Below are positions 35,205 through 44,797 of a DNA stretch of 64,000 bases, piece after piece (the first letter of the stretch is position 1; each line of letters starts with the position of its first letter). Under the pieces are notes generated by a model. That model was not told where the DNA came from, did no database searches, and saw nothing but the letters and a program-made list of their open reading frames with translations. Both the position numbers and the translations under genes were made by a program. Origin of the DNA: an uncultured Pedosphaera sp. (GTDB taxonomy: Bacteria > Verrucomicrobiota > Verrucomicrobiia > Limisphaerales > AAA164-E04); contig OZ243981.1 in the NCBI GenBank assembly GCA_965214825.1, positions 1,234,567 to 1,298,566 on the forward strand. The letters are read 5' to 3'.

Positions 35205-36425
35205 TCAGCTTGTTCGGAAAGGGAGGTTGGAGCCGACGGCTTGTTGCCATTTTTGAATGTTGTGGCGGCGCAGTTGGTTGATGAGTCCGCGCACGATTTC
35301 CGAGACCAGGCTGGGGCCTTGGAAGACGAGGCCGGAGTAGAGTTGGCAGAGGTGAGCGCCGGCCGCGATTTTTTCCCAGGCGCTTTCGGCGTCGTGAATG
35401 CCGCCGACGCCGATGATGGTTAGGGAACCGCGCGTTTGGCTGGCGATGCGGCGGATGATTTCCGTGCTGCGTTGGCGAAGCGGTTGCCCGCTGAGACCGC
35501 CAGGAATAGGGTAGGACAATGTGGGGCAGACACTCGAAGAGTGGTTAGGGCGGAGGGACTCGAAGAGCGGTTGGGGCGGTGGGGAACCGACATCCAACTT
35601 TTGTCTGCCTTGGCGCAGGCTTCTAGCCGGCGCCACCTTGCTTGTGTTTGTGGCGACGATGCCGGCGAGTCTGAACGCCAGCGCTAACTCGACAATGTCC
35701 TCAATGGCGGTGTCCGCGAGGTCGGGAGATATTTTAATCAAGAGCGGTTTCTCTGGTGAAGCTGGGCGGGACTTGCTGTTGCTCGCTGCCAAACGCCGGT
35801 TGGTATCGGTCAAGGTTTTCAGGAGGGAGGTCAAGGCCGGCTTTTCTTGGAGCGTCCGCAAGCCCGGTGTGTTGGGCGAGCTGATGTTGACGACGAAGAA
35901 ATCTGCCAGAGACCAAAGTTTTCCGAAGGAGTAGGCGAAGTCCGCGCCAGCTTCTTCGAGGGGTGTCTGTTTGGATTTGCCGAGGTTGATTGCTAGGGGA
36001 AATTGGCGGTTGTGACGGGATTTTTGGAGGGCGGCGGCCAAAGCGTCGGCGCCGCAGTTGTTGAAGCCCATCCGGTTGATGAGGGCGTCGGTTTCAGGAA
36101 TTCGGAACAGGCGGGGTTTTGGGTTGCCGGGTTGTGGATGGCGAGTGATGCCACCGATTTCGCAAAAGCCGAAGCCTAGCGCTTGCCATGATGGGAGGGC
36201 GACGCCGTTCTTGTCCATCCCGGCCGCGAGGCCGATGGGGTTGGGAAAACGAATGCCGAAGCGGGCGACCGGGAGGGCATCTGCAGCGAAGAACTCGTGT
36301 GCTAGGTCGCACAAAACCGGCGAACGTCCGAGTGCTGCCAAACTGTTGAGCGTCCATGAATGGGCTTTTTCGGGATCGCATCGAAACAGGATGGGTCGCA
36401 CCCACCGTCTATAGAATGAACTCAT
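35205..36425 (-). CDS. pyrD: Dihydroorotate dehydrogenase (quinone), class 2, carrying a repeat-derived in-frame insertion
   Basis: 'FPNPIGLAAGMDKNG', 'GFCEIGGIT', 'ATNTS' and 'GGLSGQPLRQRSTEIIRRI'. At 406 aa it is about 70 aa longer than the E. coli enzyme as I recall it. Confidence 0.85.
   Translation of the reverse strand: MSSFYRRWVRPILFRCDPEKAHSWTLNSLAALGRSPVLCDLAHEFFAADALPVARFGIRFPNPIGLAAGMDKNGVALPSWQALGFGFCEIGGITRHPQPGNPKPRLFRIPETDALINRMGFNNCGADALAAALQKSRHNRQFPLAINLGKSKQTPLEEAGADFAYSFGKLWSLADFFVVNISSPNTPGLRTLQEKPALTSLLKTLTDTNRRLAASNSKSRPASPEKPLLIKISPDLADTAIEDIVELALAFRLAGIVATNTSKVAPARSLRQGRQKLDVGSPPPQPLFESLRPNHSSSVCPTLSYPIPGGLSGQPLRQRSTEIIRRIASQTRGSLTIIGVGGIHDAESAWEKIAAGAHLCQLYSGLVFQGPSLVSEIVRGLINQLRRHNIQKWQQAVGSNLPFRTS
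35521..35637. repeat. Repeat-family copy lying in frame inside the pyrD coding sequence (117 bp = 39 codons)
   Basis: gtggggcagacactcgaagagtggttagggcggagggactcgaagagcggttggggcggtggggaaccgacatccaacttttgtctgcc...ggcgccacc. It is translated as VAPARSLRQGRQKLDVGSPPPQPLFESLRPNHSSSVCPT between 'TNTSK' and 'LSYPIPGGLSG'. Confidence 0.7.
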
Positions 36426-36458
36426 GGCAGATGGTTTGAGAATGCCGCGGCGTTTGGG

Positions 36459-37184
36459 CTAAAGGTTGGCGAGGCGCTCGCGCCAAAGGTGATAGAGTTG
36501 GCAGGTGGCTTGGACGTCTCGCAGGCAGTATTCCGCCACTTCGCGGCGCCGTCCCTCGGCGATCCATCGGCTGACGTCAGACCCGGTGATCCCGTGCGCT
36601 TTGGGCGAGTCGATGCCGAAGGCTTTGCAGTAGAAGTCCAGGTTGAACCGCCGCGCGGCGCCGTCCCGCCCGCTGACGTTGTAAAAGGTCAACTGGTCGG
36701 CCAGGTCGCAATGCGGTTGGGTTTGGAACCTGTAGCCGAGCCAATCCTTTCGGCTGATGGGGATGTTGTATTGGGCGGAGCGCAGGTAGAGGAAGGGGAT
36801 GTCGAAGGTGCGTCCGTTGAAGGTGATGATGTTGTTGTAGTGTTTGACCGTTTCCCAAAAGGCAGCGAGGAGTTCCGGCTCGTCTGGGAAGGGAACAAAG
36901 GAGACATCACTGGCCTGGCGAGTTTCTTCCTCGTGATCATCGGCGACGAAGAGGACTTGTCCTCTCTGCGTTTCGGCGTTGAGCATGGCGATGCAGACGA
37001 CTTCTGCCGTGAAAGGCCAGAGGGAGCACAGGCGTTCGATTTCCTCGTGTTTGGCTTGTTTGGCTTCGGGGTCTTTTTCGTTTGCCGCCGGACGGAAGAG
37101 ATATTCCAAAACGGTTTCGTCGAAAGAATCCATCGGCAGGGCGGAGGTTTCAATGTCGAAAATCAGGGAGGCCATGATATTCAA
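36459..37184 (-). CDS. RNase H-fold 3'-5' exonuclease (PolB-exonuclease-domain-like)
   Basis: 'LIFDIETSAL' (ExoI-type motif) and 'ITFNGRTFDIPFLYLR', about 240 aa. Confidence 0.65.
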   Translation of the reverse strand: MNIMASLIFDIETSALPMDSFDETVLEYLFRPAANEKDPEAKQAKHEEIERLCSLWPFTAEVVCIAMLNAETQRGQVLFVADDHEEETRQASDVSFVPFPDEPELLAAFWETVKHYNNIITFNGRTFDIPFLYLRSAQYNIPISRKDWLGYRFQTQPHCDLADQLTFYNVSGRDGAARRFNLDFYCKAFGIDSPKAHGITGSDVSRWIAEGRRREVAEYCLRDVQATCQLYHLWRERLANL

Positions 37185-37262
37185 TGCCGGAAAAAAATCA
37201 GGATGGCGGCCTCAAACTTTCTTGAGCGCTCGCCATCCTGCGTCGCAAAACCAAGTGGTGGG

Positions 37263-37385
37263 TTACCGTTTTTTCTTGGCGGTTTTCTTTTTGGCTGCTT
37301 TTTTGGTCACCTTCTTGGCCACTTTTCTGGCTACTGATTTTTGGGGAGCAGCTTTTTTTGCTGCCGCTTTTTTCTTTCTTGCCAC
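37263..37385 (-). CDS. Unannotated 40-codon lysine/alanine-rich basic protein (histone H1/Hc1-like composition)
   Basis: A GTG start is preceded by gggggtgag with a 6-nt spacer. It translates to (M)ARKKKAAAKKAAPQKSVARKVAKKVTKKAAKKKTAKKKR and ends in TAA. It falls below the ORF-track length cutoff. Confidence 0.4.
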   Translation of the reverse strand: MARKKKAAAKKAAPQKSVARKVAKKVTKKAAKKKTAKKKR

Positions 37386-37551
37386 AGATTTCTCACCCCC
37401 GTTCTGTTCTGATTCGGCACTTCTATGGCTTTAAGACAAAAAGATAGTAGAGCAAAAGGAAGTGCTTGGCTAGTTTTTTTTGCGAATAGGCTTGCTTTTT
37501 GCGTATTTTTTTCTCGGCGGTTGTTTTCCTGTCGATATTCTCATCTCCCGC

Positions 37552-40128
37552 ATGTCGAAGCCGAAAGCTCTAACGCCGATGATGGCGCAGTATCGCCGCA
37601 TCAAATCCGAATTGCCGGGCGGTTCGTTGTTGCTGTTTCGGCTGGGGGATTTTTACGAGTTGTTTTTTGAGGACGCTCAGATCGGCGCCGAGATTTTGGA
37701 GGTGGCGTTGACGAAACGGGGGGCGATTCCGATGTGCGGAATTCCGTATCATGCCGCCGGCGCTTATCTGGGCAAGTTGCTCCGGGCGGGAAAGAAAGTG
37801 GCCATCTGCGACCAAGTGGAAGAGGGGCGCCCCGGCAAATTGGTCAAGCGCGAGGTGACGCAAATCCTGAGTCCCGGCACACATTTTGACGAATCGCTCT
37901 TGCAGGCGGCACAGAACAATTACTTGGCCGCTGTGTTGCGGAGCGGGGAAACGGCGGGACTGAGCACAGTGGACCTTACAACCGGTGAGTTCGTGGTGTC
38001 GGAAATGCCAGCCGCGCATTTGGCTGCTGAACTGGAGCGCCTGTTGCCAGCGGAGATTGTTTTTCCTGAGAACGACACGAAACTGGCGCAGGATTTGGCG
38101 AGCGGCTGTTGGAGTTTGAGCGCTTGTGAAGATTGGGTGTTTGGCTTGGAGACGGCTGAATTCACCTTGAAAGAACACTTCGGCGTGGCGTCTCTCGACG
38201 GCTTCGGCTTTCGCGGTCGCGCGGTTGCCGTGGAGGTTTCCGGGGCGATTCTCCACTATCTTTCGCAACATTTGCGGCGAGATTTGAGCCATCTCAAAAC
38301 GCCGGAATGCCGTGAAAGGAGCGAACACCTGGTTTTAGATCGGATGACGCTCAAGAACTTGGAAGTGCTCGAACCGCTGCATCGGGACGCGCCCCCTTCG
38401 GCATCGTTGTTCGGCGCTTTGAACGAGACGGTAACGCCCATGGGCGCGCGTTGTTTGCGGCAATGGATTTCCCAGCCTTTGGCGTGGCGCGAGGGGATTC
38501 TCCGGCGGCAGGAAATCGTCGAGATATGGCGAAAACGACCGCAGCGTTTAGAACAATTGCGCCTCTTGCTGAGGGAGATTAAGGACCTTGAACGCACGGT
38601 CAGCCGCCTCAGCGCAGGGAGCGGCAATGCCCGTGATCTTTTGATCGTCAAAGCCGGCTTGGACAAAGTGCCCGGCCTGAAAGAAATCTTGAGCGTGTCG
38701 ATGGAAGACTCGGCCTCGAGCGGCGGGGCGCTTCTGCCGGCGGCTGCTCCCGATGCGGCGCCGGATGGCGGCCATCTCTTGATTGAATTGAACGACTCTC
38801 TGGCCGCTCTCCCGGAGTTGACGGCGCTAATTGGCCGCGCGATCGGCGATGAACCGCCGGCAACTGTCAAAGAGGGCGGAGTGATTCGGGAAGGCTTTGA
38901 CCCGCGGCTCGATGAACTCAGAAACGCCGGCAGGGAAGGTAAAAACTGGATTGCCGAACTGCAGCGAAACGAAGCCAACCAGACGGGCATCCCCTCCCTA
39001 AAAGTCCGTTTCAATTCTGTGTTCGGCTATTTCATCGAAGTGACTCGAAGCCATTTGAGCAAGGTGCCAGAACGCTACCACCGCAAGCAGACGATTGCCA
39101 ACGGCGAACGGTTCATCACGCCGGAATTGAAAAAAGTCGAGGAGAAGATTCTCGGCGCCGAGGAGCGGGCGCGGAAGCTGGAATACGAGTTGTTTTTGCA
39201 AATTCGCGAAGCGGTGATCCAGCATTTGAAATCCATCCAGCAGACGGCAGCAGCCGTCGCCCGGATTGATGTCTTGGCAAGCTTCAGCGAAACGGCCCGG
39301 CTGCATGATTATTGCCGGCCGGCCATCGGCGAAGAGGAGCGCTTGTCGATCGTGGCGGGGCGCCATCCGGCCTTAGAGCAGTCTTTGGCCGGCGAGCAGT
39401 TCGTTCCCAATGACACGGAAATCGGCGGCGGCACGGCGCAGATCGCTCTCATCACAGGACCAAACATGGCTGGGAAAAGCACCTTCATCCGCCAAGCGGC
39501 TCTCCTGTGCTTGCTGGCGCATACCGGCTCGTTCGTGCCGGCAAAGAGCGCCCGCATTGATTTGCTAGATCGGATTTTTACCCGCATCGGCGCGGCCGAC
39601 GATCTCTCGCGCGGGCAATCCACTTTCATGGTGGAGATGAGCGAAACGGCCAATATCCTTAACCATGCCACGGCGCGGAGTTTGGTCGTTTTGGATGAAG
39701 TGGGACGCGGCACAAGCACATTTGACGGGCTGAGTTTGGCCTGGTCTATTGTCGAGCATCTCCACAACCGCATCGGCGCGAAGACGCTGTTCGCCACTCA
39801 CTACCATGAGTTGACCGAGCTTTCCCGCAATTTGGAGCGCGTCCGAAACTTCCGGGCGGAAGTCAAGGAATGGGGCGACCGGATTGTGTTCGTCCGCAAA
39901 ATCATTCCGGGTGGCGCGGACAAGAGCTACGGGATTCAAGTAGCCCGCTTGGCCGGCATCCCCAAGTCAGTGCTGAAACGGGCGAAAGAGATTCTGGAGC
40001 AGCTGGAGCGGGCGGATTTGCGGCCAGGCAAGCCGCCAGCTGGCGAACGCCTGCTTCGAACAGAGCGGGATAAGCTCAAAGCCCTCGGCCCACCGCCACA
40101 GCTTGACCTGTTCTCGTCAGCGACTTGA
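37552..40128 (+). CDS. mutS: DNA mismatch repair protein MutS
   Basis: 'LTPMMAQYRRIK', 'GDFYELFFEDA', 'ITGPNMAGKSTFIRQ', 'LDEVGRGTSTFDG' and 'ATHYHELT'. The start was set at ATG 37552. Confidence 0.92.
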   Translation: MSKPKALTPMMAQYRRIKSELPGGSLLLFRLGDFYELFFEDAQIGAEILEVALTKRGAIPMCGIPYHAAGAYLGKLLRAGKKVAICDQVEEGRPGKLVKREVTQILSPGTHFDESLLQAAQNNYLAAVLRSGETAGLSTVDLTTGEFVVSEMPAAHLAAELERLLPAEIVFPENDTKLAQDLASGCWSLSACEDWVFGLETAEFTLKEHFGVASLDGFGFRGRAVAVEVSGAILHYLSQHLRRDLSHLKTPECRERSEHLVLDRMTLKNLEVLEPLHRDAPPSASLFGALNETVTPMGARCLRQWISQPLAWREGILRRQEIVEIWRKRPQRLEQLRLLLREIKDLERTVSRLSAGSGNARDLLIVKAGLDKVPGLKEILSVSMEDSASSGGALLPAAAPDAAPDGGHLLIELNDSLAALPELTALIGRAIGDEPPATVKEGGVIREGFDPRLDELRNAGREGKNWIAELQRNEANQTGIPSLKVRFNSVFGYFIEVTRSHLSKVPERYHRKQTIANGERFITPELKKVEEKILGAEERARKLEYELFLQIREAVIQHLKSIQQTAAAVARIDVLASFSETARLHDYCRPAIGEEERLSIVAGRHPALEQSLAGEQFVPNDTEIGGGTAQIALITGPNMAGKSTFIRQAALLCLLAHTGSFVPAKSARIDLLDRIFTRIGAADDLSRGQSTFMVEMSETANILNHATARSLVVLDEVGRGTSTFDGLSLAWSIVEHLHNRIGAKTLFATHYHELTELSRNLERVRNFRAEVKEWGDRIVFVRKIIPGGADKSYGIQVARLAGIPKSVLKRAKEILEQLERADLRPGKPPAGERLLRTERDKLKALGPPPQLDLFSSAT

Positions 40129-40662
40129 CCATTTCTCCATCCGCGCTTCATCCCGATTCAGCGCCATTGGCAAAGCGAATCGACGTAATCCGCCGAACCA
40201 TCCCGCAGCCAGCCGTCGCGTTGAACCGGAGCTTTCCGTTGCCGTCCTGCTGTCCGCAGACGAGGGCGTATCAGCATTTCAGCCGGGCAGTGTCATCTGT
40301 ATTTCAGTTTGGCTTTGGCCAGTTTTGATTATGCGAATTCCGATGTATTACAATTATCGCTTAGCTTCTTCATTGCGATATTACAAGACAAAAGCCGGCG
40401 GCAAATGTGCTATAAGGTATAAAGTTTTCCCGGCGGTTATTATATTTTTATACTATTTACGGCCTGGATGTAAACATCTGGAAGGTTCGAGTATGGCCGT
40501 CCTGATGCTAACCATCCGGGAATGGCCGTTTGTCTCAATCCGTTGGAGCCGCTCCGTTGAGGTTTGGCTCCGGCGGGAGGAGGGTTCTGCCCACTTCTGC
40601 GGCGCGGCGATTTTGTGCGGCTTTGGTTGCGCATCGACGGGCTTGTGTTTAAGATAGGCCGG

Positions 40663-41826
40663 ATGCGCATGTTGGATCGCTATTTTTTGCGGGAGCTGTT
40701 GATACCGTTTGTTTTTTGCGTTTGCGGTTTTTTTATTTTTTGGCTGACGTTTGATTTGTTCGGCGAGCTGGAAGATTTTCAAAAGGCGAATCTGGCGTTA
40801 TCGGATATAGGGATTTACTACTTGCACAAGCTGCCAGAGTTGCTGACGGTGGTGGTTCCTGTCGCTTTGTTGTTAGCGATGTTATATGCTTTAATGAATC
40901 ATTCCCGGCATAATGAGTTGATTGCGGTGCGGGCTGCCGGCGCGGGCGTTTGGCGTTTTTCGGCGGTGTATTTGGTTGTCGGGGGGATTTTCAGCGTGTT
41001 GCTATTTGGGATAAACGAAGGTTGGGGTGCTCGCGGCGATACCAGCATTGTGGCTTTGCAAGCGCGGCGTCATGCCGAACTGGGGGGCCAGGACGGGGCT
41101 TTGTGGAGCCCTCTATCATTCAAAAACCATGCTGCAGGCCGGTTTTGGATGGTGGAGGATTACAATCCACACACGGCGGAAATGATCCGTCCCCATATTG
41201 AGTGGCGGTTGGGCAAGGGCGCCTCCGGCCAATGGAACGAATGGCCGTTGCGCGAAGGCGTAATTATTAACTTAAAAGCGGAAGGCGGGCGTTTTGCTGA
41301 CAGCGTCTGGACGTTCAAAAATGTGTGGCTGGATCGCCTCGACCCCAGCAAAACAGGAGCGCAATCCTATTGGCAGACCAACTATTCCGTGCTGAAAGTG
41401 CCGCAGTTCACAGAGACGCCGCGGCAGTTGAGGAGTGAGATTCGGATTTCCCGGTTGAGCAACGCCAGGTTGGCCAAGGAGGCGAGCGTCTCTCTCCGTG
41501 AGATTGCCGATTACCAGGCCTTGCATCCGGAGCTGCCGGCAGCGGATAGGGCACGGTTGGACACGCAGTATCACGGGCGTTTAGCGCGGCCTTTGACTTG
41601 TTTGGTGGTTGCGTTGGTGGCCATTCCCTTCGGCGCCGCTGCTGGCCGGCGGAATGCGTTTGCGGGGGTGGCAGGCAGCATCTCCATTTGCTTTGTGTAT
41701 TTTGTTTTGATGCGGGTGGGGCTGACGTTGGGAACGGGAGGAGCAGTGCCGCCGTGGCTGGGCGCTTGGCTGCCCAACATTTTGTTTGGTGGGGCAGCGG
41801 GGCTAATGATCGCGAAGATGCGATGA
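40663..41826 (+). CDS. LptF/LptG-family (YjgP/YjgQ) permease
   Basis: 'MLDRYFLRELLIPFVF' N-terminus, a 3 TM / periplasmic domain / 3 TM layout and 'FGAAAGRRNAF'. Confidence 0.75.
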   Translation: MRMLDRYFLRELLIPFVFCVCGFFIFWLTFDLFGELEDFQKANLALSDIGIYYLHKLPELLTVVVPVALLLAMLYALMNHSRHNELIAVRAAGAGVWRFSAVYLVVGGIFSVLLFGINEGWGARGDTSIVALQARRHAELGGQDGALWSPLSFKNHAAGRFWMVEDYNPHTAEMIRPHIEWRLGKGASGQWNEWPLREGVIINLKAEGGRFADSVWTFKNVWLDRLDPSKTGAQSYWQTNYSVLKVPQFTETPRQLRSEIRISRLSNARLAKEASVSLREIADYQALHPELPAADRARLDTQYHGRLARPLTCLVVALVAIPFGAAAGRRNAFAGVAGSISICFVYFVLMRVGLTLGTGGAVPPWLGAWLPNILFGGAAGLMIAKMR

Positions 41827-42653
41827 TGTCCGGCGGCGGAAAGCTCTTGTTGCTCATCCCCGCTTACAATGAGGAGGAGCGGATTGAAGGCACGTTGCGG
41901 GCATATGCCGAGGCGTTTGAGCGGGCTGTTCCGGGACGATACACGATTGTGGTTCTGCTCAACGGCTGCCGGGATCGAACGCTTGAAGTGGTGAAGCGCG
42001 TGCGGTTGGATTGCCGGGGCGTCAGCGTTCTGGATTTTCCTGAAAGAATCGGCAAGGGCGGGGCGTTGATTCGGGGTTTGAAGGCTGCTCCCCTAGCGGA
42101 TTGGATCGCATATGTGGATGCTGACGGCGCCACGCCGCCGCAGGAGCTGCTTCGTTTGGCGGCGTTGTGCCAGAAGCGGGATTGCGTGATTGGTTCCCGA
42201 TGGCTGCCCGGCTCAGTGCTTCGCCGTCCGCAGACTCCGCTCCGGCGGTTTGCCAGCCGGGTTTTCCACTGCATTGTGCAGGTGCTCTTCCGTCTAAATG
42301 TCCAGGACACGCAATGCCCGGCAAAGGTGTTCTCGAAGAAAGCGGCGAAGGCGGTGCAGCCGAGTCTCCGAATTGCCGACTTGGCTTTCGATGTGAATTT
42401 GCTCTACGCGATGAAACGCGCGGGTTTTGCGATTCACGAGGAGCCTACTGAGTGGACGGATCAATTGGGGTCGAAAGTTACGCAGACTCTCTTCCGCTCC
42501 TCTCTGGTGATGTTGCTCTCCGTTTTGCGTTTGCGCCTTTACTACTCGCCAATTTACCGTTTTATGCAGCCTTTCCGAGGCGTTGAAGAATGGATTTACG
42601 TAAAACTACGAGCGCCGTTCATTCCGTGGGGCAAAGACGACGAGTCGAAGTAA
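41823..42653 (+). CDS. Family-2 glycosyltransferase (dolichyl-phosphate glucosyltransferase-like)
   Basis: 'LLLIPAYNEEERI', 'YVDADGATPP' (DxD) and 'QCPAKVF'. The ATG overlaps the upstream stop (ATGA). Confidence 0.75.
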   Translation: MMSGGGKLLLLIPAYNEEERIEGTLRAYAEAFERAVPGRYTIVVLLNGCRDRTLEVVKRVRLDCRGVSVLDFPERIGKGGALIRGLKAAPLADWIAYVDADGATPPQELLRLAALCQKRDCVIGSRWLPGSVLRRPQTPLRRFASRVFHCIVQVLFRLNVQDTQCPAKVFSKKAAKAVQPSLRIADLAFDVNLLYAMKRAGFAIHEEPTEWTDQLGSKVTQTLFRSSLVMLLSVLRLRLYYSPIYRFMQPFRGVEEWIYVKLRAPFIPWGKDDESK

Positions 42654-42706
42654 AAGCCGCCGGTGGCAGAGCGCTGGTCGGCAAATCTTATGGCCAGCGG
42701 AAAGAG

Positions 42707-42781
42707 TGGTGCACGCTACTGGGTTCGAACCAGCGACCCCTACCGTGTGAAGGTAATGCTCTACCACTGAGCTAAGCGTGC
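42707..42781 (-). tRNA. tRNA-Val (anticodon CAC), CCA encoded
   Basis: Reverse-complement fold: acceptor GCACGCT/AGCGTGC, D arm GCTC-AGTGGTA-GAGC, anticodon stem TTACC/GGTAG with loop TTCACAC, T arm GCTGG-TTCGAAC-CCAGT, then A-CCA. Confidence 0.9.
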
Positions 42782-43136
42782 CGCCAAAAGCGAAAGTAAT
42801 ATGCCTTGCGCAGGAAATCGAGTTCAAGGAATCTTTTGCCCTGCTGCCACTTCTGCCGTCTGGCAATGGACTTGATGCCCCGGCGTTTTCTTTCGGGCGA
42901 ATTCCGTTTTCAGGTTAGGCCAGTCGGCCGCTGTTATCTGCCTGTCAACGACCGGAGGTTGACAGCGAAAGGGGATATGAATGAGATCGAATAACTCTTC
43001 AAGCTCTGCGGTTTCACACTTTCGCGAAGGAGCACTTGCGGCTGGTTCCATTTGCAGACGGGCGTTGTCAGCGCCGTTGTCTACCGGCAGCTAGTCAAAC
43101 GGATTGGGGCGGGATTGGCAATTGAGATTGGGCGGA

Positions 43137-44768
43137 TCAGATGGGAGCGAAGCCGGGGGCTTGATTTTTGATGAGGATGGTATCGCGGGCGGCCCAGGCG
43201 GGGTCGGGTTGGGGGTGGTCGAGGTTGTAGTAGAGGCCGCGGCTTTCGGGGCGGGTCATGGAGGCTTTGATGATGAGGTGGGCGACGGTGGCGAGGTTTC
43301 TGAGTTCCAGGAGGTCGGGCGTGGTTTGGAAGTTGAGGTAGTATTCTTGGATTTCGGATTGGAGGTTGAGGATTCTTTTTTGGGCGCGTTCGAGGCGTTT
43401 TTGGGTGCGGACGATGCCGACGTAGTCCCACATAACGCGCCGGATTTCGTCCCAGTTGTGGGAGATGACGACGAATTCGTCTGGGTCGGCGAGGCTGCCG
43501 TCTTTCCAGGGGGGGGAGGTTGGGAGGGGGGCTTTGAGGGGGAGGGTTTTGAGGTGTTGGGCGGCGCGGCGAGCGACAACGAGGGCTTCGATGAGGGAGT
43601 TGCTGGCGAGGCGGTTGGCGCCGTGGAGTCCGGTGCAGGCGGCTTCGCCGATGGCGAAGAGTCCGGGGAGGGTAGTTTCGCCGTTGGTGTTGGTTTGGAT
43701 GCCGCCGCATTGGTAGTGGGCGGCGGGGACGATGGGGAGGGGTTGTTTGGTGATGTCGATGCCGAAGCGGAGGCAGGTTTGGTAGATGTTGGGGAAGCGG
43801 TTCATCAGGAAGGGGGCGGGTTTGTGGGTGATGTCGAGGTGGACGTATTCGGAGCCTTCGCGTTTCATTTCGCGGTCGATAGCGCGGGCGACGATGTCTC
43901 GGGGGGCGAGGGATTGGAGCGGGTGGCAGTCGGCCATGAACTCGCGTCCGGCGCGGCTTTTGATGATTCCGCCTTCGCCGCGCACGGCTTCGGAGATGAG
44001 GAAGGTTTTTGCTTTGGGGTGGTAGAGGCAGGTGGGGTGAAATTGGATGAATTCCATGTTGGCGATGGGCACGCTGGCGCGGTAGGCCATGGCGACTCCG
44101 TCGCCGGTGGCGATGTCTGGGTTGGTGGTGTAGAGATAGACTTTGCCGCAGCCGCCGGTGGCGATGACGGTGGTTTTGGCGCGGAAGGCGCGGACGCGCC
44201 GTTTGCCGGTGTCGAGGGCGTAGAGACCATGGCAGCGGTCGGGTTCGTTCAGTCCGAGTTTGCGGGAGGTGATGAGGTCGATGGCGAAGTGGTTTTCGTA
44301 GATGTGGATGTCTGGATGGCCGGCGACGGCGCGGAGCAAGGCGCGTTCGACTTCTCGGCCAGTGACGTCTTTGGCGTGCAGAATGCGGCGCTGGGAGTGG
44401 CCGCCTTCTTTGCCGAGGTCCCATTCGCGCTTGCCTGCGGGTGAGGTTTCCCGTTCGCTGAATTCCATCCCGAGCCGGACCAGGTCCTGAATTCGCGCTG
44501 GGCCTTCGGCGAGGATGGTTTCGACCGCTTCTTTGCGGCAGAGGCCGGCGCCGGCGGCGCAAGTGTCCTGGATGTGCTTTTCGATGGAGTCTTCCTGGCT
44601 GGTGACGGCGGCGATGCCGCCTTGGGCGTAGTTGGTGTTGGATTCGGCGCGGTGTTTTTTGGTGAGGATGGCGATTTTGCCTTGGGAAGCGGCTTTGAGG
44701 GAGAAGTAGAGGCCGGCGATGCCGCTGCCAAGGACGATGCAATGGTAGTTGCGAGGGGTTGCGGGCAT
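43137..44768 (-). CDS. nadB: L-aspartate oxidase
   Basis: 'VLGSGIAGL' FAD motif, 'YAQGGIAA', 'HPTCLY' and 'PAAHYQCGGI'. Confidence 0.9.
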   Translation of the reverse strand: MPATPRNYHCIVLGSGIAGLYFSLKAASQGKIAILTKKHRAESNTNYAQGGIAAVTSQEDSIEKHIQDTCAAGAGLCRKEAVETILAEGPARIQDLVRLGMEFSERETSPAGKREWDLGKEGGHSQRRILHAKDVTGREVERALLRAVAGHPDIHIYENHFAIDLITSRKLGLNEPDRCHGLYALDTGKRRVRAFRAKTTVIATGGCGKVYLYTTNPDIATGDGVAMAYRASVPIANMEFIQFHPTCLYHPKAKTFLISEAVRGEGGIIKSRAGREFMADCHPLQSLAPRDIVARAIDREMKREGSEYVHLDITHKPAPFLMNRFPNIYQTCLRFGIDITKQPLPIVPAAHYQCGGIQTNTNGETTLPGLFAIGEAACTGLHGANRLASNSLIEALVVARRAAQHLKTLPLKAPLPTSPPWKDGSLADPDEFVVISHNWDEIRRVMWDYVGIVRTQKRLERAQKRILNLQSEIQEYYLNFQTTPDLLELRNLATVAHLIIKASMTRPESRGLYYNLDHPQPDPAWAARDTILIKNQAPGFAPI

Positions 44769-44797
44769 GGCTGCTGGGGTGTGCTTTGGTGAGGGGG

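Noticed and set aside
40325-40354. A TTGATT-N18-TACAAT promoter-like pair within a conspicuously AT-rich patch (about 40320-40460) between mutS and the lptF/G-like gene.
   Set aside because: It is a plausible sigma70-type promoter, but such matches are expected by chance in AT-rich DNA. It lies ~300 nt from the next start codon and there is no supporting evidence.
42824-43051. A 75-aa minus-strand ORF downstream of nadB, containing an 8-bp perfect palindrome (ctgtcaac…gttgacag, about 42939-42962).
   Set aside because: Its codon usage is not host-like, it has no motif and no convincing RBS. The palindrome alone is insufficient to call a regulatory site.
43081-44742. A 553-aa minus-strand ORF, and a 446-aa plus-strand ORF, overlapping nadB.
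   Set aside because: The translation is extremely Arg/Pro/His-rich with no motifs. The overlapping nadB frame has clear flavoprotein motifs.
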